A stretch of DNA of 64,000 nt, taken from contig NC_134032.1 of NCBI RefSeq assembly GCF_964204645.1, positions 15,736,275 through 15,800,274 of the forward strand, read 5' to 3'. The position numbers and the translations under genes were made by a program. The DNA is from Tubulanus polymorphus. Taxonomy: Eukaryota > Animalia > Nemertea. Shown piece after piece: positions 38,601 through 50,600 of the stretch (positions are counted from its first letter, which is position 1; each line of letters opens with the position of its first letter). Under the pieces are notes generated by a model. That model worked only from the letters and a program-made list of their open reading frames with translations. It was not told the origin of the DNA and searched no databases.

Positions 38601-41600
38601 AAATGAACCATTTTATCGCCCATGACGACTCTTATCAACCGTTTTTGAAGTGTCGTTGTTATTTTGAAAATGATTCTACACTTCGGGAATTAATGCTGCG
38701 AATTATTTCTGAATGGTTTTATGGTTTTATACCGTTGAGCGCAGATAGGTTTCATACCATGAAATGCGAGGGATAATTTTGAAATTTTGAAGAATTTCCC
38801 GAGTGCCATGTATAATGAGCTTACCACTATAATGTGTTAACCCACAGTGCGGTGTATAACATATGTAATGATATATTTTATCTACCCCCCAGTGCGATGT
38901 ATAACGAGCTTAATGCTTTGTTGTTTCTACCCCGCAGTGCAGTGTATAACTGGTGTAATGCTAAATTGAATCTACCCCACAGTGCAGTGTATGACCGGTG
39001 TAATGCTAAAATGAATCTTCCCCACAGTGCAGTGTATAACAGCTTTACCGCTATATTGAATCTATCCCACAGTACAGTGTATAACGAGCTTAATGCTTTG
39101 TTGTTTCTACCCCACAGTGCAGTGTATAACTGGTGTAATGCTAAATTGAATCTACCCCACAGTGCAGTGTCTAACAGTTGCAATGCTAAATTGAATCTAC
39201 CCCACAGTGCAGTGTATGACCAGTGTAATGCTAAAATTAATCTACCCCACAGTGCAGTGTATAACAACTTTACCGCTATATTGAATCTACCCCACAGTGC
39301 AGTGTATAACATGTATAATGCTATATTGAATCTACCCTACAGTGCAGTGTATCATTTCTTACTAATATGAACAATCTTATGATTAATTGATATTAATAAA
39401 GGTACATGGCACGATGGGTAAGGGGCAATATAGCGTCAGCGGATTATACACCGCACGACAAGCACACAAACCGAAATAGTTGTTAAATGTATGAGAAATA
39501 CAAACTTGGAAACCATCTGGTTAGTGTTATCATTGATACGTATTTTTGTATTGATAAGGCTGGGATTGAATAAATCTGTGGAGGTTTTTATATAGATATC
39601 TATAGATTGACTCACTGGAACTGTTACAACAAACTGAATGAGCACTAGAAAATCTGTTTGTTATAACTGATATAGTTCTACTGTATTCACATGGATAAGA
39701 CCGGTCTTAGCTCGAGTATAAACCCTGCCCTTAGAGTCAGATCGCACGGTAACTGAACCCTGCCCTGAGAGTCAGATTGCGTAGTAACTGAATCCCTGTG
39801 GATCCCTATTTCATTGTTAACATTTGTTAATTATCGTTTTTTCATTTTTCACCAATGACTGTACTGTAACTAACTTCTGATTCGATTTGGATTTTTACTT
39901 GGAAATATGTTTGAAGCAAATTAATAATTTTATTTCTTGTTAAGATTTTGAGTTTGATTTTCAGGAAGAAGGCTTCAGATCCGAAGGGAATTCGAACGAA
40001 AAAACGAAGTCCTCAACTTTTAAAGAAGCCTACCGATCCTCAACAACAGGGGGCGCTGCGAGGAAGGGGTGCCAGTACAGACAGTTCGGTGTCGTTCGGT
40101 TTCGATCAGCATTTCTCAGAGGATGATTCAACGGTAGGTGGCATTGGTGCATACCTCACTCGCCATAAGTGAAAATATTTGATCTCTTATTGCACACTAG
40201 CGACATCTGGTGGATCCTCACTTTCCTCAAGTAGAATCCTTTGATGTTGTATAATACAATAGCAACAATGGTGTTCCTCACTTGCCACAAGTGGAATTCT
40301 TTATTGCTGCAGTAGTTGATGTCGTACTGCACACTAGCGACACCTGGTGGATCCTCTATCGTCGCAGTAGTTGATATCCTACTGCACACTAGCGACACCT
40401 GGTGGATCCTCTATCGTCGCAGTAGTTGATATCCTACTGCACACTAGCGACACCTGGTGGATCCTCAGTTAGCTGATAGTAGTAATTGTATATTTGTAGA
40501 TGGAGTCTAGTCAGACTAACGGAGGAGGCTCAGCCAGCGCCGGAGGTGATAGTTCTGAGAACATGTGTAGCGGAGATGATACGACAGATAGTGCAGTCGC
40601 TGATGCTGAACGCACGAGATCCGCAATCATACATCTACAGGAAAAAATCAATCGAACAAAAGAGTTAATTTCACAGGAGCAGAAAGCTAAAGAAGGTAAA
40701 TAAACTGTCTGCAGCCTTACTCTCGGTCAGACAGTATCCAGCCTTACTCGGAGACTGTCTGGGTCAGACAGTATCCAGCCTTACTCGGAGACTGTCTGGG
40801 TCAGACAGTATCCAGCCTTACTCGAAGACTGTCTGGCTCAGACAGTATCCAGCCTTACTCCAGAGACTGTCTGGGTCAGACAATATCCAGCCTCACTCAG
40901 AGACTGTCTGGGTCAGACAATATCCAGCCTCACTCAGAGACTGTCTGGGTCAGACAGTATCCAGCCTTACTCGGAGACTGTCTGGGTCAGACAGTATCCA
41001 GCCTTACTCGGAGACTGTCTGGGTCAGACAGTATCCAGCCTTACTCGAAGACTGTCTGGCTCAGACAGTATCCAGCCTTACTCCAGAGACTGTCTGGCTC
41101 AGACAGTATCCAGCCTTACTCGGAGACTGTCTGGGTCAGACAGTATCCAGCCTTACTCGAAGACTGTCTGGGTCAGACAGTATCCAGCCTTACTCGGAGA
41201 CTGTCTGGGTCAGACAGTATCCAGCCTTACTCGGAGACTGTCTGGGTCAGACAGTATCCAGCCTTACTCGAAGACTGTCTGGCTCAGACAGTATCCAGCC
41301 TTACTCCAGAGACTGTCTGGGTCAGACAATATCCAGCCTTACTCCAGAGACTGTCTGGGTCAGACAGTATCCAGCCTTACTCGAAGACTGTCTGGGTCAG
41401 ACAATATCCAGCCTTACTCAGAGACTGTCTGGCTCAGACAGTATCCAGCCTCACTCAGAGACTGTCTGGGTCAGACAGTATCCAGCCTTACTCGAAGACT
41501 GTCTGGGTCAGACAATATCCAGCCTTACTCGAAGACTGTCTGGCTCAGACAGTATCCAGCCTTACTCGGAGACTGTCTGGGTCAGACAGTATCCAGCCTT

Positions 41601-44600
41601 ACTCGGAGACTGTCTGGCTCAGACAGTATCCAGCCTTACTCGAAGACTGTCTGGCTCAGACAGTATCCAGCCTTACTCGGAGACTGTCTGGGTCAGACAG
41701 TATCCAGCCTTACTCAGAGACTGTCTGGGTAAGACAATATCCAGCCTTACTCCAGAGACTGTCTGGCTCAGACAGTATCCAGCCTCACTCAGAGACTGTC
41801 TGGGTCAGACAGTATCCAGCCTTACTCGAAGACTGTCTGGGTCAGACAGTATCCAGCCTTACTCGAAGACTGTCTGGCTCAGACAATATCCAGCCTTACT
41901 CGGAGACTGTCTGGGTCAGACAGTATCCAGCCTTACTCGGAGACTGTCTGGCTCAGACAGTATCCAGCCTTACTCGGAGACTGTCTGGGTCAGACAGTAT
42001 CCAGCCTTACTCGGAGACTGTCTGGGTCAGACAGTATCCAGCCTTACTCGGAGACTGTCTGGGTCAGACAGTATCCAGCCTTACTCGGAGACTGTCTGGG
42101 TCAGACAGTATCCAGCCTTACTCGGAGACTGTTTGGGTCAGACAGTATCCAGCCTTACTTGAAGACTGTCTGGGTCAGACAGTATCCAGCCTTACTCGGA
42201 GACTGTCTGGCTCAGACAGTATCCAGCCTTACTCGGAGACTGTCTGGGTCAGACAGTATCCAGCCTTACTCGGAGACTGTCTGGGTCAGACAGTATCCAG
42301 CCTTACTCGGAGACTGTCTGGGTCAGACAGTATCCAGCCTTACTCGGAGACTGTCTGGGTCAGACAGTATCCAGCCTTACTCGGAGACTGTCTGGGTCAG
42401 ACAGTATCCAGCCTTACTCGGAGACTGTCTGGGTCAGACAGTATCCAGCCTTACTCGGAGACTGTTTGGGTCAGACAGTATCCAGCCTTACTCGGAGACT
42501 GTCTGGGTCAGACAGTATCCAGCCTTACTTAAAGACTGTCTGGGTCAGACAGTATCCAGCCTTACCTAGACATTACCCGACAAAACACAGTATCTGGCCT
42601 TAATCGGACAGTTATGAGCCTTAACCAGACAGAGTCTGGCCATCTTGTAGGTCTTGTAATCTAAGGGTTCATTTCGACAATTGTGGACCCAGTTCCATAG
42701 CTCTAGGTTTTGATTTGACTTTAAAAGTGGAAAATGAACCAATTTCAAATTTAGAGTCAAACTAAATTGAGAGCGGTGGAACCGAGTCGATGATGGTGAC
42801 GGTGACGATGTTACCGGTGCCGTTCTAAATCAACTGTTTACTGTATATATGATTGTAGATAATGTGAATGAATATCTGAAACTCGCTCAAAGCGCCGATA
42901 AACTACAGGTCGGGCGAATAAAAACCGTGTTCGAGAAAAAGAATCAGAAATCTACGCAAACGATCGCGCATACGCAGAAAAAACTCGAGAATTATCAGAA
43001 AAAGCTACGAGAAGTTGAACAGTTCGGTGTAACTAGTCATAAACAAGCGAAAGAGGTTCTACGGGATATGAGTCAGGGTCTCAAGTAAGTCTCAATCATT
43101 CACAACCCAGTTCCACAGGTCTGGATCCAGTTCCACTGTTCTGAACTCAGTTCGACTGTTCTGATCTCAGTTCGACTGTTCTGAACTCAGTTCCACAGTT
43201 CTGAAACCCAGTTCCGCAGTGTTCTGAACCCAGTTCCACAGGTCTGAGCTCAGTTCCATAGTTCTGGACCCAGTTCCACAGTTCTGAATCGAGTTCCACA
43301 GTTTCTGAACCCAGTTCCACAGTTCTGGACTCAGTTCCACAGTTCTGGACTCAGTTCCACAGTTCTGGACCCAGTTCCACAGTTCAGGGCTCAGTTCCAC
43401 TGTTCTGAACTCAGTTCCACTGTTCTGAGATCAGTTCCACAGTTCTGAAACCCAGTTCCGCAGTTTCTGAACCCAGTTCCACAGTTCTGGATCCAGTTCC
43501 ACAGTTCTGAGCCCAGTTCCACAGTTCTGGACCCAGTTCCACAGTTCTGGACCCAGTTCCACAGTTCAGGAGTCAGTTGCACAGTTCAGACTATTCACTT
43601 TCAATAGTAACCCCCCCCCCCTTAGCCCTGTAGAACTCGGCCCCTTATCATTAGATTGGAAATACACATATTCAACCTTTTTAGAATACAAATTTAACCA
43701 ATAATCTTGGTATCGTAATGTAATCGTATTTTGATATTGTTTTTGTAGAGGGGTTGGTGCTAATATAAGAGATGGTATAACTGGGTTTTCAGGGTAAGTA
43801 GTATATAAATAGTTTAACACTAACTACGTTACAGGATAGATCAAATCTAAGATAGCTACCAGGCAGCTTTATCATTTTTATCGCGGGTGTTTGGTTACTG
43901 CATTTTGTGAACTAGGATTGTTAGAAGTCTGTTAATAATGGTAGCATTGACTCATCATCATTTCATTAACACCTCAAATTGTGAATGGGCCCCTGCGTAA
44001 CTAAAGGTCCAAGGTATCCACTTATATCTTGGTTTCATCGTTTCTTATGTAGCGTGCTTATATATTATGAAAAATATCTAAAAAATTACAGAGATTGTTT
44101 GAAGTCTTGGTTTAAGATATTTTCCTACGAAATGCTTGAGTTCGGGTTCGTTCACGCTCAGCTGGTTTAGTCGGTTCACCGGTTGTCAGGGGTGATATAG
44201 ATCAGTCAGATTTTGCACCGTTATTTTGTTTCGAGAAATAATTGCCTGCTCTGTTTCACTTAGTCTCTCTCCTTCCTTCCTCTCACCGATGACGATAGTT
44301 AAGGTAGTTTCTAATAATGAGCATGTTTGATTGTTTTTGTTGTTTGCAGTGGTGTCGTTGATAACATAAAGGGGGCGAAAGAGTAAGTATTCAAAATAGT
44401 CGTTTTCCATTATTGCTAATCGCCCGGTATGCTGAATCCCACAGTCTGTTGTCCAGGACTCAGTTTCACAGTTGTGACTTAGAGTTAACTCTGAGTTAAA
44501 TTTAGTTCAATTTCAATGTTTTAACTCTGAATCAAATCTTAACTCACAACTGTGGAACTGGTTCCAGGGGCTGGTTTCATAGTAATTAAGGCTTAGGCAT

Positions 44601-47600
44601 AAGACCGGTCTAAGACTTTCTTACTTTCACTCTAGAGTCAATCCAACAACTTAAGACCATTTTCAAGAATTGAGACCAAGTTTCGACTTAAGTCTCGATT
44701 ATGGAACCAGCCTCTGGACTCACAGTTCGGAGTCAAGATTTGACTCAGATTTTTGATTCAAAACAAACTACATTAATTCAACTCAGAGTTAACTCTGACG
44801 ACTCAAATTTAGAACTAGATCCGGGACCAAGTTTCTGGAAGTTTTTCAACGCAAATTTCTGGTGTAATCGCTATTGGTTAATTCATGTTTTCAATGAGGA
44901 CAACAATTCAAACTGAACCATTTTAAGCCTAAACTTTAGAAATCTGTTCATGTTTCGTTTTGTTTTTCAGGACGATAGTCTCGAAGCCGAGAGAGTTTGC
45001 GTCATTGATTAAAAATCGTTTCGGCAGCGCGGATAATATATCGAACTTAAGTAAGTACGAATCATACTGTTATTCTGTAACATAACGAACTTCAGTAAGT
45101 ACGAATCATGCTGTTATTCTGTAACATAACGAACTTCAGTAAGAACGAATCATACTGATATTCGGTAACATATTGAACTTCAGAAAGTACAGGTTATGTT
45201 TACGGAGAACAATAGAACCAGATTTAAACCCTGGCCTCAGTTCAGTCCACAGTTGTACATTCAGTTCTACCCCTATCACTGAATGTTTGACCGAGTAAGA
45301 ACGATATTGAAATGAGTCCCTAATGAGTCCGTAGTTTACCGAAAGCCTGGATGTAACACGTTTCTACTATTTTGTAATTATTTTATTTCGATGAGATCAG
45401 TAACAGATGTTTTATCCAGGTTTTTAGTCGAATATAAATTTCAATGATTAAACCCTGGTTTTATTCAGGTATTTTTTTTTAACTGACGTGCACCGATGAT
45501 AAACACGACTCAGGCGCATACATCAAAGTTTTACAATTACATGTACAGATACATGAACCATTAACGGCTGTATTCCAGATTTAGAAAGGCTTTTTATAGT
45601 ATCATGCGCAGGGCAACTTTTTACGGCCAACAAAATCATATATGATTTCAAACATTCCATTTTTATGAAAGTCAGTGACTAGATAGGTGTACACGTGTTT
45701 AATGTTCCCGATGGAAATATTTTGTAGAATTGTTTGTATACGGCAGAAAAGGCAAATTTCGGGGTGAAAAATGGCTGTATTCTTGAATACATGGAATACA
45801 GCAATTTCAGGGTGAAAATGGCTGTATTCTTGAATACATGGAATACAGCAATTTCAGGGTGAAAAATGGCTGTATTCTGGAATATATGGAATACAGCAAA
45901 CGCCTATATGTATCTATAGACCGTTCCCATTTATTCAGATTGCGTATTTTTTTTCTGTTTCAGAACTAGAACACGAGAATCAAGCTTCGACTGATTCCGG
46001 AGAGCGTAGTCACCATGGTAGCGGAACTCTTCCACCGAGGTAACTATAGCAACGATTGTAGTCGCCATAGTAATGCCTTTTTTTGCGGTGTATTTCATAC
46101 TTAAATCGATGAATTTTTTTCTGCCGTGTGTTTTTTACGCTTTGTATTATTAGATTTTGATGACTGTAGTTGATTTTATGATTTTAACATTCGGGGCCTG
46201 GTTTCCAGGGGTTCCAGCGTCCGTACACAGCAGAACATGTTCGTAATTATTTTTTCAAGATTTGGAAAACTTTTCAGTTTTGTATCTGAAGTTATAAAAA
46301 AGCTATGGAATTTAATAAATGTGGTCTAGATGATTTTTTCTCAATTCACAAAGTTACAGTCAACTCATTTAAGTGTTTATAAGTTGTTTGTCATCAATGT
46401 TGGGGCCAGTTTTATAGACTAATATAAGTTGGTGCTAGTCTATGAAACTGACCTTGATGACTTATCTAAATGACTTAAAATTAGTTAATTTAATTAGAAT
46501 TATAAATATGGACCGAAATTAGAGACAACTTCAGTAATTGACGACTTTTCAGATGACGGCGAGTTGACTATATTTTAAGATGTAGCCTGGGCCCAGTTTC
46601 ATGAAAAAGTCTAAGCCTAAAACGTTTAAGTTTGAATTGTTGTCCTCATTGAAAACATGAAGTAACCAATGGCCGATTACACCAAAAATTTGAGATTAAC
46701 TCTTTTGTGAAACTGGGCCCTGGGTTTGACGGTAAGTTAGAACTGGCCCATGTTAGAACCAGGTTCCCGCTGAAACGTTTTCCTAGTGTGGTTATTTGCG
46801 CTGCTTTTAAAGTGATTTTGATACTTTTTAACTTCTTTTTTTGGCGCGAATTAATTATAATAGAATTTCATAAAACTCGTACAATCCACTCGTGTGATGT
46901 CGTCATAAACTGTGTTTTCAATCTATACTGATTTGCGATGAGTCTATGCCTGATTTTTTTAAATTTTATTTCCGTCTGCCAATCCCCGAGATCCGGGGTT
47001 CATCACTCACGTATTTTAGAAAAGAAAAAACACGAATATTTTTTTCTATCACTATCTTTTCGAAATCTTCAGTATGAAACTTGGCGGGAGCACGTTTTAT
47101 CTGCAACTGCCGCATCACGGTAGCATCACCGGCGGCGGCGGCCATCACAGGTACGTAGTTACACCAGCGGTCACTAGAGGGCGTGCCTGCTGCTTACCTT
47201 CCAAACATCATTACGGGGGCAGATCTGGGAAAATAGGAAGGCGCCATCAGCCTTAATTTTAGCCATCTTTGAAGAGATGTAATTTCTAAGACGATCAGTG
47301 TCCAATTTGCGGGACCCGGTTTTATAGACTGGTATTATCTTTACCCGGGGGCTAACTCTATTGAAAATGAATCTAGTTAGCCCAGGGACATTGGAAGCAG
47401 TTTTTGATCGCTGCGGCCAAATGTCGATTTTGGACAGGTTCTAAATATTGCTGCGGCGAATTTACTTAATTTCTTCAAAAATGTGATATTCGAAGAAAAA
47501 AAAATGTCATTCAGTAAATTATTGCCGCAGCTTTTGCTGCTGCAGTCGCTACTGCTCCAATGCCACTGTAGCCCCCGGGTTAAAGTTAATACTTCTTATG

Positions 47601-50600
47601 AAAAGAAGAGGATCCTCAATTCAGATCTGGCTAAGACTACTATTTGAGAATAGTTTCTGCACTTTTGAAAGAACTCGAATACCCATCCCAATAATATGAA
47701 GACACTCTCAAAATCAAAATCTAGGTCATTTCATTTTTATATGAACTACTATTTTTATTGAAACTACTATTTTTGGTGAAAAACATTACAATTAGAGATG
47801 ACAGGTAGGCCCTAGTCTGATCTGCTCGGTGGATCTGGAACCCGACAACCCTCCCCTCCCCCTCCTAGATCTGCCCCTGGATTATGATATCATTCATTCA
47901 CACATACAAAAACTGCCATTATCATAAATAATCAATATTTCTTACTATGTTACATCATACTAATCATAATCAAACATTCTTCTGATTGACCACTTCTCTG
48001 ATTGACCACTTCTTTTATTGACCACATCTTTAATTGACCACTTCTTTGATTGACTTCTGCAATGTTTCTTCACACCAAAAAAAAAGCTGAATATGTTGGA
48101 CGCCGTTTTAATGCGGCCATCTTGAATCACGGTTTATAGCCTCGCGCAATCCAAGATGGTCGTTTTGATATAAATCTCAGGACGGTTAAAGTTCTATAAT
48201 AAACCAAGTAGGTTTAGACTAGGTTTAGACACATACACGCACAGATAGGCACATACCTCAAGGAGATGAGGAATGAAATCCTGCTTTGCATGACACAAAT
48301 AGATTACACATTAAACTCCTCCATTTCTGTCTCTGTTCCGTCATCTTGTAAAGAAGTTTTTATATCTGATGAAGCTTTAACTCCTCTTTGGTGATTAGGT
48401 CTCATAACCGGTGGCATGGTGATTAGATCTCTTTACTGGTGGCATGTTATCTTGTATCGAAGTAGTTTCTTGTAAAAAATGGTTTTGATTTTTTCAACCA
48501 ATATTTTCTATTCTCTGTTGAAATTTGTTTTTGCTCATTTTTGTATATTTCATTTGCTCATGTTGTTTCATTATTTCAGCTTTTTGTTTTCATTTTACAT
48601 TTGTTGTGGTCTAGTTTGTCCCACAGTTTGAGGAGCTAGGCTCCGAGTTCCACAGTTTTTGGGAACTAGATCCTAAGTTCCACAGTTGTGAGGACCACCC
48701 AAATACTGCGTATTTTTGAGAATGGCTTCTGATTTTGTGTTTGATCCATATATCTTTCAACTTTTATTCAGCTTCAACTAGAAAAAGCCGGAAACTAATG
48801 AAAATTTGAAAATTATTGAAATTCTCAAGTCAATTCTGACTGAATATGAGTCGAAATATTTATCATTTCAGTTATAAATATACATCAGATGATGAGGCTG
48901 CATCTAGCGTAACGTCCGGGTCAGGTCCGAGTGCCGGAGCTCAGAGCAGTCCTCATCCGACTTCTCAACAGAGCTTCTCGCAATTCGCTTCATCGACCGC
49001 AGCAGCGCCACCTATGAATATGGAACCGTTACTCAATGAACTACAAGAGAAATACACGGAGGTTAAAGATATGAATCAACGAACTCAAGACAATTATGAA
49101 TCGATTAAGGTATGAATCGGAGGTTCCCGATTCTATCCGATTTTATGTCGGATATTCACAGATTTATCATCTTCAACTGAACTACAAACTCTATATCTAT
49201 AGCAAATACAGCCATCAGGCAGTCAGTTAACAAATATAGCAATCAGGCAGTCAGTTAACAAATATAGCAATCAGGCAGTCAGTTAACAAATACAGCAATC
49301 AGGCAGTCAGTTAACAAATATAGCAATCAGGCAGTCAGTTAACAAATATAGCAATCAGGCAGTCAGTTAACAAATACAGCAATCAGGCAGTCAGTTAACA
49401 AATATACAATCAGGCAGTCAGTAAACAAATATAGCAATCAGGCAGTCAGTTAACAAATATAGCAATCAGGCAGTCAGTTAACAAATACAGCCATCAGGCA
49501 GTCAGTTAACAAATATAGCCATCAGGCAGTCAGTCACTAAATCTACCTACTAAGTAATCTATTTGTATGTTTTCATGTAAAACTGAGCTGCTTATGATAA
49601 CATTTCAGGGCCAACTGACCAACGACTATGCATTCTATAAACAATCATTGGAAGAAGAACGATATAGATATGAACGCCTTGAAGAACAAATCAATGATTT
49701 GACTGAATTACATCAACACGAAATAACCAACCTCAAACAGGTATTTGAATATAGTCATCAGGCAGTCAGTTAACAAATATAGCCATCAGGCAGTCAGTTA
49801 ACAAATATAGCCATCAGGCAGTCAGTTAACAAATACAGCCATCAGGCAGTCAGTTAACTAACACAGCCATCAGGCAGTCAGTTAACAAATATAGCCATCA
49901 GGCAGTCAGTTAACAAATACAGCCATCGTTAGCCAATGTGTTTATCGTTAATTCTAGGAATTGAGTAGCATGGAAGAGAAAATGGAATATCAGTTAGAAG
50001 AGAGAACGAGAGACATGCAGGAAATGTTAGAAAGTTGTCAGACTCGGGTAGGTTTATACAGCATAGCCGACCAGTTGCCTGAATTCAACTGATGTTTCAT
50101 TAACGAATAACGTATTTACAGATAACGAAGATGGAATTGCAGCAACAGCAACAGCAGTTAATATCGATGGAAGGCGTAGAGAACGCGAATGCTCGAGCTG
50201 TTATAACTAAACTAATAAACGTCGTTTTAGCCATCCTAGCGGTCGTCCTCGTTTTAGTATCAACCATCATAAATTTGATATCACCGTTTTTAGTTTCACG
50301 GTACGTCATTGTCGACATCGTTTCAGTTAAAAGTTTGACTCTTTCATCCATTTGGTTCATGTTGATCTACCCGGCAGTGCGATGTATAACAGCATACCAC
50401 TGAATTGTGTGTACACCGCAGTGCAATGTATAACAGGCATACCACTGAATTGTGTGTATCCCGCAGTCCGATGTATAACAGGCATACCACTGAATTGTGT
50501 GTACACCGCAGTGCAATGTATAACAGGCATACCACTGAATTGTGTGTACACCGCAGTGCGATGTATAACAGGCATACCACTGAATTGTGTGTACACCGCA

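Noticed and set aside
38805-39352. CRISPR-like constant core with variable spacers
   Set aside because: Variable parts are related to each other and recur; eukaryotic intron; no cas genes.
40712-42565. 37-bp palindromic repeat of CRISPR-repeat size
   Set aside because: Units are contiguous with no spacers.
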